This document shows, one piece after another, positions 37,069 through 47,775 of a stretch of DNA of 64,000 nucleotides. The stretch comes from a phage: assembly GCA_011911785.1 (NCBI GenBank), contig GCA_011911785.1_4084.1, one strand, 5' to 3'. The number at the start of each line of letters is the position of its first letter. Positions within the stretch are counted from its first letter, which is position 1. A program made the position numbers and the translations under genes. Under the pieces are notes generated by a model. The model ran no database searches, was not told the DNA's origin, and was given only the letters and a program-made list of their open reading frames with translations.

Positions 37069-38118
37069 ATGAACTCAGTACAAGACATTATGGCACAAAT
37101 CATGAATGACCCTGTACCTGGTATTGGTATATGGGCACACCACAACTGTCCTATGTGTGTGTTTCGTGGACATTCAAGACCTGATGTAAAGGGTCGTGGT
37201 AATCATATGTTTAATTCTGATGGTTCAGTATCTTATAACTGTTTTAACTGTAGTTTAAAGACAGGTTGGCAACCTGGAAAATATATGAGCAAAGATATGG
37301 AGTCTTTGCTCATTTCTTTTGGTGCACAACAAAAAGATATAGAATTATTAAAATTTTACATAAAAGAAATGGTAGAGAGTGGTGATTATGCTGAACAAGA
37401 GTCTACCACATCGAAGTTATATCAAAGGGTAACAGCACGCGATTTACCACCTAATTCAAAGACATTTTTTGAATGGGCTTCAGATGATAATGCACCCAAT
37501 GAATTTTTTAGTGTACTGAATGCAGTAAATGACCGAAATCCATATCTATTGGATTTGGAATTATATTGGAGTCCATCTAAAGAACATAAAATGTATGATA
37601 GATTTATTATACCTTACTATATGAATGGTAAAATAATTGGGTATACTGCAAGACATAAATTAAAAGACCCAGGAAGTACGTATCGTTTTATTAATCAGGT
37701 AAGTACTAATATTTTGTACAATTATGATTTGTTGAATGATGAACGTATAAAAACTTTATTGGTATGTGAAGGACCAATGGATGCCGCATTGATGGGTGGT
37801 GTATCAGCAAATAACTTTAAGTTATCTACACCACAGATTGAAATACTTAAACAGGCACAGAGTAAAGGTAAAAAAGTAGTAATTGTACCAGACAGGGATA
37901 AAGATGGATTAGTGACAATTGACCAAGCATTAGAGCATGGTTTTAGTGTTGCCTTTCCAAACTTTGGAGCCGTAAAAGAAGGTAGTGGTATTCGTCACAT
38001 AAAAGATTTTGACGAAGCCTGTGCCAAATATGGTCGTTTATTTTGTCTACAACTAATACATGAAAGTATAGTTGACGAACCTTTCTATATCAAAGCACAA
38101 ACCGATAAATGGATGTAA
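37069..38118 (+). CDS. gp61: DNA primase (T4 gp61-like: zinc ribbon plus TOPRIM)
   Basis: Zinc-ribbon Cys/His cluster HHNCPMCVFRGH ... YNCFNC; TOPRIM-like LVCEGPMDAALMGG and VVIVPDRDKDG. Confidence 0.75.
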   Translation: MNSVQDIMAQIMNDPVPGIGIWAHHNCPMCVFRGHSRPDVKGRGNHMFNSDGSVSYNCFNCSLKTGWQPGKYMSKDMESLLISFGAQQKDIELLKFYIKEMVESGDYAEQESTTSKLYQRVTARDLPPNSKTFFEWASDDNAPNEFFSVLNAVNDRNPYLLDLELYWSPSKEHKMYDRFIIPYYMNGKIIGYTARHKLKDPGSTYRFINQVSTNILYNYDLLNDERIKTLLVCEGPMDAALMGGVSANNFKLSTPQIEILKQAQSKGKKVVIVPDRDKDGLVTIDQALEHGFSVAFPNFGAVKEGSGIRHIKDFDEACAKYGRLFCLQLIHESIVDEPFYIKAQTDKWM

Positions 38119-38136
38119 AAGAAATAAGGGAATATA

Positions 38137-39663
38137 ATGATTCAAAGCACAGTGGACGTCAAACAATATGGGATTAATGCCCAACAATATCTATTATCAC
38201 AAATTTTCAGTAACCCAGATTTATATGTACGCTGTAAAAATATTCTTAAACCTGAATATTTCGATAGCACTTTTCATGAAAGTATTAAATTCGTTCATGA
38301 TTACAGTGCAAAATATAGTGCATCACCAACTTTAAAAGATATTGAAGTTAAGGGTGGTTTTGCATACGATAGTACTGAAGTAAGTGAGCTACACAAGCAA
38401 TCAGTACTTGATACATGCAGTGAGTTCTGCCGACACAAAGCACTAGCTTTAGCTGTTGAGAAAGGTATGGAGTTAGTACATCAGAAAAAATATGGTGGAA
38501 TCGAAGAACTAATTCGTGAAGCTATGCTTGTTTCTGTACAAAACGAACTAGGTCTGGATATCTTTGAAAATCCAGAAGATACAATTCGCTCACTAAGTAC
38601 GATGCAAGGTTCATTCAAGAGTGGTTGGGAAACTCTGGACTTTAAACTGTTTGGTGGTTTCGGTCGCCGTGAACTTGAGATCTTCGCAGCAGCATCCGGT
38701 GGTGGTAAATCAGTTGTTCTGCAAAACTTAGCAGTAAACTTTGCTAAAGCTGGACTGAACGGTGCTTACATTTCATTAGAACTTGCTGAAGAGTTGGTTG
38801 CAGTCCGTATCTATGGTATGATGACTGAATCCAAATTGAGTAATGTTAAACATGAAGCAGACCGAATTGGTTTACAAGTACAAATGGAAGGTAAAAACAG
38901 TGGTGTAATGCGTATCAAGCGTTTGCCTGAATCTGTGACAACAACAGATGATATTGAAAGTTACCTTCGTGAATTACAAATCAAATTGGAAATTAAACTT
39001 GATTATGTTTGTGTGGACTACTTAGATCTATTAACATCTAATCGTCTTGGTCCAAATGATAAATCGAATACATTTACCAAAGATAAGTTTGTTTCTGAAG
39101 AATTGCGTGCTCTAGCAACTAAGATGGATTTAACTGTATTCACTGCATCCCAGTTTAACCGTAGTGGTATGGGTGAAGATAAGAAAAGCCAAAGTCAGAT
39201 TGCTGGTGGTATTTCAAAGATCTATACCGCAGATAACGTAATTTACATTGAAGCACGAAAAGAAACTGGTGAGATGTGGTTCGACTTCCAGAAAACACGT
39301 AACAGTAGTGCAGTTGGTTCTCGTTTGCGTATGTCTTATGACATTGATTCATTACGTGTGTTGGACCATGCAACAACCATTCAGCAATTCGAAACCGATG
39401 GTTCTGGGTTCAAGCATAGCGGACTAACAAAGGTCGGTGGTGGTAACATGGCACTCCCCCCAACCACTATGCAAACATTGCGTCACACGCTTTCTGGTGC
39501 ACAAAAACCAGTACAAACACAAAGTACTGTTGAAGCTGATGACGTAACACTAAATACAGAAAATGCTACACTTTCTAGCACTACAGAGGAAACCCAACAA
39601 CCTGTTAATATTGGCACTAATCGTGCGAATATGATGAAACAATGGTTGAATCAAAGGAAATAA
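38137..39663 (+). CDS. gp41: Replicative DNA helicase (DnaB family, T4 gp41-like)
   Basis: Walker A AAASGGGKS, Walker B CVDYLDLL, arginine-finger region SQFNRSG. Confidence 0.85.
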   Translation: MIQSTVDVKQYGINAQQYLLSQIFSNPDLYVRCKNILKPEYFDSTFHESIKFVHDYSAKYSASPTLKDIEVKGGFAYDSTEVSELHKQSVLDTCSEFCRHKALALAVEKGMELVHQKKYGGIEELIREAMLVSVQNELGLDIFENPEDTIRSLSTMQGSFKSGWETLDFKLFGGFGRRELEIFAAASGGGKSVVLQNLAVNFAKAGLNGAYISLELAEELVAVRIYGMMTESKLSNVKHEADRIGLQVQMEGKNSGVMRIKRLPESVTTTDDIESYLRELQIKLEIKLDYVCVDYLDLLTSNRLGPNDKSNTFTKDKFVSEELRALATKMDLTVFTASQFNRSGMGEDKKSQSQIAGGISKIYTADNVIYIEARKETGEMWFDFQKTRNSSAVGSRLRMSYDIDSLRVLDHATTIQQFETDGSGFKHSGLTKVGGGNMALPPTTMQTLRHTLSGAQKPVQTQSTVEADDVTLNTENATLSSTTEETQQPVNIGTNRANMMKQWLNQRK

Positions 39664-39666
39664 CGA

Positions 39667-39939
39667 ATGGCTAATGAATCCAGTAAAAAGAATCTACTTG
39701 ATAGTATAGTAAATTATACTCCAGAGAAGGATACATTGCAGAGTTTTGGTAATAGGGCCGACCATGCCATAAATTCTGTAATTCATTTATTGGAGAGTAT
39801 AGATAATGAGTTTAATAGTATTGATGCTGAAGATTTAAAGAAACGATTATTTTTGAGTATCAAGAACCGAGATTACAAAAAGTTTCAGAAGGGGTTGGAA
39901 AATATAGCACTGGATGAAAAACGTAATAAAGGTAATTGA
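39667..39939 (+). CDS. Hypothetical protein
   Basis: 90-aa ORF. Confidence 0.4.
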   Translation: MANESSKKNLLDSIVNYTPEKDTLQSFGNRADHAINSVIHLLESIDNEFNSIDAEDLKKRLFLSIKNRDYKKFQKGLENIALDEKRNKGN

Positions 39940-39940
39940 T

Positions 39941-40099
39941 ATGAAAAAGAAATTAAAAGAAAATGCTTCAGCAGGTGCTACCTCGGCAGGGGCAGTTGCA
40001 TCAATCAGTACTGGATTAAATTATCCATTACTCAAACGTATTCCTCCAACCAATTTCTTTGGGTATAAAGAATATAAAATTAAAAAGGATAAGGAATGA
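39941..40099 (+). CDS. Small hypothetical protein
   Basis: ATG at 39941; 52-aa basic product. Confidence 0.3.
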   Translation: MKKKLKENASAGATSAGAVASISTGLNYPLLKRIPPTNFFGYKEYKIKKDKE

Positions 40100-40488
40100 A
40101 ACCATATACGTTCTACACTATTAATACCGTTGTAGATATAGGTGATGGTAGTACTCCAACTATAATCGATTCAAAATTCACAGGTGCTATGAATTTGTCC
40201 CGATTACTTGAAGCAATCATGGTGCATGATTATCCAATGATGGTAAGTGTTGTTAGAGATGAAGTTGATTTGACTAAAGGAAACAATTCTGAATTTTACA
40301 GCTTACCATCGTCATGGGGAAAATGTATTGTTAGTACTTTCAAATTTGCATTACCAGTTGATGTTAATTTGAGATTAAATGGAATACCATTAGTACTACC
40401 TACAGTGGTTAATAATAACCGCATTACAAAATTTATCACAACGAATTGTACTCGTAATATTAGCATCAGTAAACAGACCTTTTCTTAA
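40096..40488 (+). CDS. Hypothetical protein
   Basis: 130-aa ORF. Confidence 0.4.
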   Translation: MKPYTFYTINTVVDIGDGSTPTIIDSKFTGAMNLSRLLEAIMVHDYPMMVSVVRDEVDLTKGNNSEFYSLPSSWGKCIVSTFKFALPVDVNLRLNGIPLVLPTVVNNNRITKFITTNCTRNISISKQTFS

Positions 40489-40510
40489 TTGTGATAAATA
40501 TCATAAAGCA

Positions 40511-40533
40511 AGACTAAGGTCTTTTTTATTTTG
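40511..40533 (+). terminator. Weak intrinsic terminator
   Basis: Short hairpin aagactaaggtctt followed by ttttttatttt. Confidence 0.4.
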
Positions 40534-40541
40534 GAGAATAT

Positions 40542-41498
40542 ATGGACATGCAACAAACCGCAAGCGAACTACAGAAGTTTGCTGATGCTCATGGAATGAA
40601 CATCGATGTGGCAATTATTATTGATAATATGGATGCAGGTGATTTCGTTGCTCTTAATGGTGCAATGGATAATTCAGACAACCGTACAATTATGCAATTG
40701 CTACAAAAATATAAAGCACATATGAGTGAGAGTTATAATTATTTTAGCCCAACCAATTTTATGAAACACATCAACGAATCATCTGAATTGTGTTCTAAAG
40801 TTGACTCAATGAGTGCGAAAGAATTAACCGAACATTATCGTTCAATGAACACCTACTGTGATGTATCCAGTCTTAGTATTCAAGAACTTAAAGCTTTGGT
40901 TTTTGAAGATATCACTTCACAGCTAAAATCAAATCAAGCCGTGAATATGAACAATAATACGCAACAAATGAATCCACAAACACAAGCAAAACTTAAACAA
41001 GCGGAATTACAAAAGAACGCTAATAATATGCAAGTTACTGTTCCTGGGTCACAATCTGGAACTGATGCTGTTGAGCCAGTCGTTGGTGTTGATATTGGTG
41101 CAACCCCAGACCAATCTTTGGTTATTACAAAAAATGGTAATAAACCAAATGAATTAAATGTATTTTCACTTGATGATGTAACTCCGGTTGATATGCAAAA
41201 TCAAAAAGTTACTGAAGATCAAGAAACCCGTGTTTCTGATGAAAAAGACCCCAATGAAATCAATGATGAATTGATGGCTCCCCCTGATAATGCAGGTCTT
41301 TCAACCGATGAACCAAGTGACTCACCATTGACCAATCATCAGCCTGGTATGGGTGAGATGATTCATGCAATCAATGATATTGAGAAAGAAGAAGACCTTT
41401 CTGGTGAAGAAAGTCAAATGGGTAATAGTGCTCAATCGGATAATGATGATATTATTAACCAAATTATTGATGCTTGTTCGAGAATGAGAGGACTATAA
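40542..41498 (+). CDS. Hypothetical protein
   Basis: 318-aa ORF, Asn/Gln/acidic-rich C-terminal half. Confidence 0.45.
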   Translation: MDMQQTASELQKFADAHGMNIDVAIIIDNMDAGDFVALNGAMDNSDNRTIMQLLQKYKAHMSESYNYFSPTNFMKHINESSELCSKVDSMSAKELTEHYRSMNTYCDVSSLSIQELKALVFEDITSQLKSNQAVNMNNNTQQMNPQTQAKLKQAELQKNANNMQVTVPGSQSGTDAVEPVVGVDIGATPDQSLVITKNGNKPNELNVFSLDDVTPVDMQNQKVTEDQETRVSDEKDPNEINDELMAPPDNAGLSTDEPSDSPLTNHQPGMGEMIHAINDIEKEEDLSGEESQMGNSAQSDNDDIINQIIDACSRMRGL

Positions 41499-41716
41499 TG
41501 CGTACTGTTCCGAATTTACACGGACACAATACTATGGTTTCCAACGAAGAATATAAGTTATTACAAAAAATAAAGGCACGCGGTACTGTGCCTGTTAAAA
41601 ATGTCAATGAATACTATGAAGAATTGGCTGAAAAACTTGTATCTCGTGGTGTTCTAAATAAGGAACAGAACGATGATGGTGATGAAGTATATGTGTCAAT
41701 AAGGAGTAAGAAATGA
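41498..41716 (+). CDS. Small hypothetical protein
   Basis: ATG overlapping upstream stop (TAATG). Confidence 0.35.
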   Translation: MRTVPNLHGHNTMVSNEEYKLLQKIKARGTVPVKNVNEYYEELAEKLVSRGVLNKEQNDDGDEVYVSIRSKK

Positions 41717-42402
41717 ATTACGAATATGACCAAAAATCGGTTGACATGATGACTAACTTACTAAGTGGTTTGAATGATATCGAGTCTGGTAATGTGTCTG
41801 CATCATCTGGTGCACATTATAATACTGGTGGTGATATTGGGGCAATGACTGATATTTTGACCTCATTAAATGAGGCTGGTATGAATTACGGTGAACCAGT
41901 ACAACAGGTACACCAAGAACATCCTCATGTAACAACATATAATAGCCCTTACAATGAACACATTATGGGGCATCCAGCGTCCACACCACAATACGCACCT
42001 AGTGCCAGTACTAAACCAAAAACTAACTGGAGTTTAGTAGAAGAGAAAGTTCCAGGAACTAAAAATACAAAAACCTATAGTATCAAAAGTAATCATAGCT
42101 CACAAATACTAATGAATAATATCATGATGTACGAAGCTGCACTTACTTTAGTTAACTTATTAAATGAAGGTCGAGTATTGACTGATGCTAAAATTTTAGG
42201 TATCATTAGCTCTGGGATGCAATTCACTCATGTGATGAACGAAGCACTTAATGCTGCAAAGAAGAGACAACAAGTATTGAATGAGTCTAAGTACGATGAA
42301 GCTAAAGATCTAGACGTACTAATTGCTGAAAAGAAAGCAGAAGCATTTAAACTTAAAGAACGTGTTATGAACTTCCTCAAGAGTGAAGGTTATATCAAGT
42401 AA
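41713..42402 (+). CDS. Hypothetical protein
   Basis: 229-aa ORF. Confidence 0.45.
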   Translation: MNYEYDQKSVDMMTNLLSGLNDIESGNVSASSGAHYNTGGDIGAMTDILTSLNEAGMNYGEPVQQVHQEHPHVTTYNSPYNEHIMGHPASTPQYAPSASTKPKTNWSLVEEKVPGTKNTKTYSIKSNHSSQILMNNIMMYEAALTLVNLLNEGRVLTDAKILGIISSGMQFTHVMNEALNAAKKRQQVLNESKYDEAKDLDVLIAEKKAEAFKLKERVMNFLKSEGYIK

Positions 42403-42435
42403 ATAAATTTAGGATATTTTTATAAGGAAATACAA

Positions 42436-43065
42436 ATGTCAAATTACAAAAAACTAATGGAGTCTTCTTCTAAGGCTGAAGCAATGACTTTTATTAAACT
42501 CAACGAATCCAATATCGAAAAAGCAGAAATTGTTTTGGCAGTTAAAGGTGAAATCGTTGATAAGCTACAACGTCAATCTGAAGTTATCAACAACATGGGC
42601 GTTGACGTACTAGGCCCACTACTTGACCGTATCAAAGCTGAGCAAGGTCTAGATGCAGCAGAAAACTTTAAAAACAGCGTTAGTGGTTTACTACAACAAG
42701 CAGTAACAACACTAATGGATGTTAAGGACAAGATCAGTACTGAAACTCTAAAGCTAACTGGTGATATCACTGATGCACCAGACGTATCCGATTTGGGTGC
42801 TGATGAGTTTGATGTTGATGTAACTTCTGAACCATCTTTTGATATGGGTGCAGATGCAGATTTCGAAGAAGACCTAATTTCAGAACCAATCCCAACCGAA
42901 CGTGAAATGAAAGAATCAGTACAATTCACAAAAATTGGTGTTGAGATGGAAAGTGTTCGTGGCACTATTGGTACTAAGTACTTCTCGAATAAAGCAGAAA
43001 TGAATTCTTGGCTAACTGAAAACCAACACAAAATCAAAAAAGTTTTGGGCGTTGTGAAGAAATAA
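42436..43065 (+). CDS. Acidic hypothetical protein with capsid-like codon usage
   Basis: 209-aa ORF; codon usage like the capsid gene. Confidence 0.5.
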   Translation: MSNYKKLMESSSKAEAMTFIKLNESNIEKAEIVLAVKGEIVDKLQRQSEVINNMGVDVLGPLLDRIKAEQGLDAAENFKNSVSGLLQQAVTTLMDVKDKISTETLKLTGDITDAPDVSDLGADEFDVDVTSEPSFDMGADADFEEDLISEPIPTEREMKESVQFTKIGVEMESVRGTIGTKYFSNKAEMNSWLTENQHKIKKVLGVVKK

Positions 43066-43075
43066 GGATATAATT

Positions 43076-43408
43076 ATGAAATTCAGTGATCTAACTGAAG
43101 ATGCACCACCAAAAGACATTCGCAACATGATCACATCTATTGCATTGTCTCTGGTATCTTCTGGTCGTGAAGAAGTGAATTTGCAATCCTTAATTTCCGA
43201 AATTAAAAAAAGAACTAACATCGACGTACCTTACAATGTGATGATGGATATTCTTAACACATTGCCATTTGTACAAGATGTTAATTCTGATATAGTGAAA
43301 TTTGCAGGTGCTGATGGGGACACAAATCCATCACCTGATGGACAAGAAAATTCAGAAGAACAGGTCACCGACTGGGCTACTAAAGCTGCATCTGTAACTA
43401 AAGATTAA
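43076..43408 (+). CDS. Hypothetical protein
   Basis: 110-aa ORF. Confidence 0.4.
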   Translation: MKFSDLTEDAPPKDIRNMITSIALSLVSSGREEVNLQSLISEIKKRTNIDVPYNVMMDILNTLPFVQDVNSDIVKFAGADGDTNPSPDGQENSEEQVTDWATKAASVTKD

Positions 43409-43414
43409 AAAATT

Positions 43415-43442
43415 GAGACAAACAAAAATATAGTGCTATAAT
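43415..43442 (+). promoter_or_regulatory. Promoter-like motif GAGACA-N16-TATAAT with extended -10
   Basis: GAGACA at 43415-43420; AGTGCTATAAT ending at 43442. Confidence 0.4.
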
Positions 43443-43455
43443 TAGGAGTACACGG

Positions 43456-44175
43456 ATGTACACACCACCGATTGTTAGCAGATATACTTATGTTGATTAT
43501 AAAAGAATTGAAGGCGGCTCTGAAGGTCGCCTTTATTCTACTCCAACGGGTAATCTGCCGTCAGTAACAACAATACTTAGTGCCACTTCAGATAATGAAG
43601 GTTTGAAGAAATGGCGTGAGTTTGTTGGAGAAGAAAAAGCAAATGAGATAACGTTGGAAGCCTGTACTGTTGGTACTTTCATGCATGAAAATTTAGAATT
43701 CCGTTTGGAAGGTAAACCAGACCATGAAGGTGGAATGCCAATACGAGTTCTTGCACGAAAAATGGCTGATAAAATCCAGTCAGAAGCATGGCCTCGAATC
43801 AACGAGGTATGGGGTCAAGAAGTTCCTTTATTCTATGAAGGTTTGTGGGCAGGAACAACAGATTTAGTTGGTGTTCATGATGGTATACCTACGATAATGG
43901 ATTATAAAAACTCCCGAAAACTCAAAACATGGGAACATATTGAAAATTATCGTATGCAAATCGCCGCGTATGCATTAGCACATAATCAAATGCATGGTAC
44001 TAACATTGAGCGTGGTGTGATTTTTATTTGTGTAAGAAAAGATCCACAAAATTTACAATATCAAGAATTTGTTATTGAAGGACAAGACTTTAAAGACGCA
44101 GTTGATATGTGGATTGGTCGTGTAGAACAATATTATATTTTACGTGGAGAAATTGAAGCCAATGGAGCAGCATAA
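43456..44175 (+). CDS. Putative PD-(D/E)XK family nuclease
   Basis: Candidate motif TTDLVGVHDG ... IMDYKNSRK followed by YRMQIAAYALA (QxxxY-like). Confidence 0.45.
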   Translation: MYTPPIVSRYTYVDYKRIEGGSEGRLYSTPTGNLPSVTTILSATSDNEGLKKWREFVGEEKANEITLEACTVGTFMHENLEFRLEGKPDHEGGMPIRVLARKMADKIQSEAWPRINEVWGQEVPLFYEGLWAGTTDLVGVHDGIPTIMDYKNSRKLKTWEHIENYRMQIAAYALAHNQMHGTNIERGVIFICVRKDPQNLQYQEFVIEGQDFKDAVDMWIGRVEQYYILRGEIEANGAA

Positions 44176-44179
44176 ACAA

Positions 44180-44722
44180 ATGAAACAAGACTTATATATT
44201 ATCAAAGCACTACGTAGTAAAGGTTATGAAATCGATGAAGTTATGGCAATGAGCATTGAGGAAATCGAAGCATTACCACTACCACAGCGTATCATTGAAA
44301 ACGCAAAGGATTACAAAGCTCGTGGTGCTAAGCCAGTAGAAGTAATCAAAGAAAAGATTTTTGAAGATATTAGTGTAGATGAAGCATCTCGTAATGTTAA
44401 ACCTGAAGTTATCGAAGAATACGTAGAAAATTCAGAAGATCAAGAAAAAGCACTAGAAGAAGTAAAACAAATTGTAGAAGAACAACAAGAATCTGTTGAA
44501 TCCGAAGAAGATGTTGTTGTTATTGAGCGTATCGAAGCTTCCAAAGAAGATCTAGATATCATCAAAACTTCTCTACAATCAAAAGAACTAAAAACTGTAG
44601 CAGCATATATCAAACACCTAAAAGCTGAAGTTCCAGAAGCAATTCTTGCAGCGGTTGATAGTTCAGTTGTATCTCGTTTAGTTAACGAGCGTATTGCTGA
44701 AGTAAAAGAAAATGCTAAATAA
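44180..44722 (+). CDS. Acidic hypothetical protein
   Basis: ATG at 44180 after upstream stop; Glu-rich. Confidence 0.45.
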   Translation: MKQDLYIIKALRSKGYEIDEVMAMSIEEIEALPLPQRIIENAKDYKARGAKPVEVIKEKIFEDISVDEASRNVKPEVIEEYVENSEDQEKALEEVKQIVEEQQESVESEEDVVVIERIEASKEDLDIIKTSLQSKELKTVAAYIKHLKAEVPEAILAAVDSSVVSRLVNERIAEVKENAK

Positions 44723-44750
44723 TCCTATAATACTATAGGAGAACATTAGT

Positions 44751-45332
44751 ATGGCACAACAACAGATTGCGTTGCAGCAAATTAGAACTGGCAAACAGCG
44801 TGATTTACCAGATGCATTAGAAAAAGGTCAATTGGCATTCAGTACTGATGTAGGTCGTATGTTTGTTGGTTTACCTTCTTCATCTGACCCAGCTAGTATT
44901 GTAGCGGGTAGAACATGGGAAACTGACCCTAATTCTGGTAAAGAAAACGTGGAAATCATCACAGAATTTACCCCGTGGCAAACTGTTTCTAAAATTATAA
45001 ATCGACCATTCGTTTATGATTTACTTAAAGATGTAGAGACGTATGACATTTATATTCAAAGTCAAAGTCGTGTATTCGTTGATTACATTGCTTATAATAC
45101 CAGTAATACAATTCTTGAATCAGGAACTATTCAAATTGTAACGATTGGTGGAAACACTCTACTAACCCAATTTAACAATACCAACAGACCAGATGCTATT
45201 ATATCTATTACATTCGAAAATCCAAGTTACGATGAACAAACTAAAAATATGAGTTTCACAGTTCGTAATAATGATTTTGCAGAATCAGGATATACTTTAG
45301 AATTTGTATACCGTGGGTGGGACAAACCTTAA
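44751..45332 (+). CDS. Hypothetical protein
   Basis: 193-aa ORF. Confidence 0.45.
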   Translation: MAQQQIALQQIRTGKQRDLPDALEKGQLAFSTDVGRMFVGLPSSSDPASIVAGRTWETDPNSGKENVEIITEFTPWQTVSKIINRPFVYDLLKDVETYDIYIQSQSRVFVDYIAYNTSNTILESGTIQIVTIGGNTLLTQFNNTNRPDAIISITFENPSYDEQTKNMSFTVRNNDFAESGYTLEFVYRGWDKP

Positions 45333-45352
45333 AAGGCGTCCCGCCTTTTTCT
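45331..45352 (+). terminator. Intrinsic terminator
   Basis: Hairpin aaaggcgtcccgccttt followed by ttc. Confidence 0.55.
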
Positions 45353-45411
45353 TCCCCATAATTTTGCAGTACTAAATATTGAACTGAAATAATGAGTAAC
45401 AAGGATGATAA

Positions 45412-47730
45412 ATGATTAACGTAACCAAACGTGATGGTTCAAAGGAACCGTTGAATCTGGACAAAATTCACCAAATTTTATTCTTTTCGTGTGAAGGTCT
45501 AAGTGGTGTGTCTGTATCTGAAATCGAGATTAAAGCACAACTACAATTTTATGAAGGTATTGAAAGTAGTACTATTCATGATATTCTTATTAAATCCGCT
45601 GCTGAACTAATCACAGAGGATACCCCGAATTATCAATACGTTGCTGGTCGCCTACTAAACTATAGTATTCGTAAGCAAGTATATGGACAATATGAGCCAA
45701 TTAAATATTCTGCTCATCTACAGGAGATGGTAGACACTAAGATTTATGATCCTGAAATCCTAGAAAAATACACCCTACAAGAAATCGAAGAATTGGGTAA
45801 GTATATCAAGCATAAGCGTGATGACCGTTTCACCTATGTCGCAATGCGTCAATGGGAAGGGAAGTATTTGTGTAAGAACCGTGTAACCAAAAAGATTTAT
45901 GAATCCCCGCAAATGGCATACATGACCATTGCCGCAATTATCTTTATGGGTTATGATAAAGACGTTCGTATGTCATATGTTAAGAAGTTTTATGATGCAA
46001 TCAGTAACTTCGACATTAGTCTACCTACACCAATCATGGCTGGCTTACGTACTAATACACGTCAGTTTAGCTCATGTGTAGTACTAAACGTTGGTGATAG
46101 TCTAGATAGTATTGGTTCATCAAACCATGCTATTTTGCGTTATATCTCACGCAAAGCAGGACTTGGTATCAACATGGGACGTATTCGTGCACTTGATTCT
46201 GAAATCCGTGGTGGTGATGCAGTACATACTGGTTTGATTCCATTTATCGCAAGTACTGCAAAAACCGTTAAAAGCTGTTCACAAGGTGGTGTGCGTGGTG
46301 GTGCAGCAACTGTGCATTTCCCATTGTGGCATTTAGAATTTGAAAGTTTAGTTGTATTAAAGAATAACAAAGGTACTGAATTTAACCGAGTACGTCAACT
46401 AGATTATTGTTTCCAGATTAATAAAACTTTATATCAACGTTTGGTTGATAATAAAAATATTAGTTTCTTTAGTCCTGGTGATGTTCCTGGGTTATATGAA
46501 GCATTCTGCTCTAACCAAAAAGAATTCGAGCGTCTATACAAGAAATATGAAGCAGACCCAAGTATTCGTAAGAAAGTGGTTCCAGCATTGGAAGTATTCA
46601 GTACTTTAATGCAAGAGCGTGCAGAAACTGGTCGTATCTATATTCAAAATATTGACCATGCAAATACGCATTCACCATTTGATGAAGTTGTTGCACCTGT
46701 TGAGCAATCCAACTTATGTCAAGAAATCGCACTACCGTCAGTGCCATTTGATGATATTAATAATGGTGATGGTCTAATTAGCCTATGTACTCTAAGTGCA
46801 ATTAACTGGGGTAATTTTGAAAATCCAGAAGATATGGAGTTGGCGTGTGAGTTGTCAGTTCGTGCATTAGACTCTCTATTAGACTATCAGGACTACCCCG
46901 TATTGCACGCAGAACGAGCTACAAACCTCTATCGTCCATTGGGTGTGGGTATCATTAACTTCGCTTACTTCTTAGCTAAGCGTGGCTTACGTTACGATTC
47001 TAAAGCATTGGATACCGTAAACACATGGACTGAAGCATGGTCATATTATTTGCTTAAGGCATCCGTCCAACTGGCAAAAGAAAAAGGCCGCTGTGAAGGT
47101 TTTGAAAATCTGAAATATGCAAAAGGTATTTTGCCTATCGATACCTATAAATCAGATATTGATGAATTAGTTTCTTCTGAGTTGAAACAAGACTGGGAAT
47201 CATTACGTGCTGATATCAAACAATATGGTATTCGTAACGCAACAACTATGGCATTAATGCCAGCAGAAACTAGTGCACAAATCAGTAATAGTACTAATGG
47301 TATCGAAAAACCGCGTTCGCTAGTATCACGTAAAATATCCAAAGATGGTATTTTGAAACAAGTAGTTCCTGAGATTGGTAAGTTGAAGAATAAGTACGAT
47401 CTACTATGGGATCAAAAAGATAATATTGGTTATCTACAAATCTGTGGTATTCTTCAGAAGTATATTGACCAAAGTATTAGTGTCAACACTAGTTACAATC
47501 CTGAGCATTTCCCAGAAGGGAAATTACCAATGTCTACACTTTTGACTGAATTGATGTATGCGTACAAAGTAGGTCTTAAGAACCTTTACTATCATAACAC
47601 CAATGATGGTTCAGATGAAATCGACGTTGAGAAACTACTAAATGAATCAGCACCAAAAGAGAAAGGTGGTTTTGTATTACCTGACCTCACTGGAATGGAT
47701 GCTGATGACTGCGACAGTTGCAAAATCTAA
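45412..47730 (+). CDS. nrdA: Ribonucleotide reductase class I alpha subunit with N-terminal ATP-cone
   Basis: ATP-cone VTKRDGSKEPLNLDKI; catalytic-region motifs typical of class Ia NrdA including the C-terminal Cys pair. Confidence 0.9.
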   Translation: MINVTKRDGSKEPLNLDKIHQILFFSCEGLSGVSVSEIEIKAQLQFYEGIESSTIHDILIKSAAELITEDTPNYQYVAGRLLNYSIRKQVYGQYEPIKYSAHLQEMVDTKIYDPEILEKYTLQEIEELGKYIKHKRDDRFTYVAMRQWEGKYLCKNRVTKKIYESPQMAYMTIAAIIFMGYDKDVRMSYVKKFYDAISNFDISLPTPIMAGLRTNTRQFSSCVVLNVGDSLDSIGSSNHAILRYISRKAGLGINMGRIRALDSEIRGGDAVHTGLIPFIASTAKTVKSCSQGGVRGGAATVHFPLWHLEFESLVVLKNNKGTEFNRVRQLDYCFQINKTLYQRLVDNKNISFFSPGDVPGLYEAFCSNQKEFERLYKKYEADPSIRKKVVPALEVFSTLMQERAETGRIYIQNIDHANTHSPFDEVVAPVEQSNLCQEIALPSVPFDDINNGDGLISLCTLSAINWGNFENPEDMELACELSVRALDSLLDYQDYPVLHAERATNLYRPLGVGIINFAYFLAKRGLRYDSKALDTVNTWTEAWSYYLLKASVQLAKEKGRCEGFENLKYAKGILPIDTYKSDIDELVSSELKQDWESLRADIKQYGIRNATTMALMPAETSAQISNSTNGIEKPRSLVSRKISKDGILKQVVPEIGKLKNKYDLLWDQKDNIGYLQICGILQKYIDQSISVNTSYNPEHFPEGKLPMSTLLTELMYAYKVGLKNLYYHNTNDGSDEIDVEKLLNESAPKEKGGFVLPDLTGMDADDCDSCKI

Positions 47731-47735
47731 TAATT

Positions 47736-47759
47736 AATCCCACTTCGGTGGGATTTTCT
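47736..47759 (+). terminator. Intrinsic terminator/attenuator between nrdA and nrdB
   Basis: Hairpin aatcccacttcggtgggatt followed by ttct. Confidence 0.55.
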
Positions 47760-47775
47760 ACAAAAAGGAATATAA

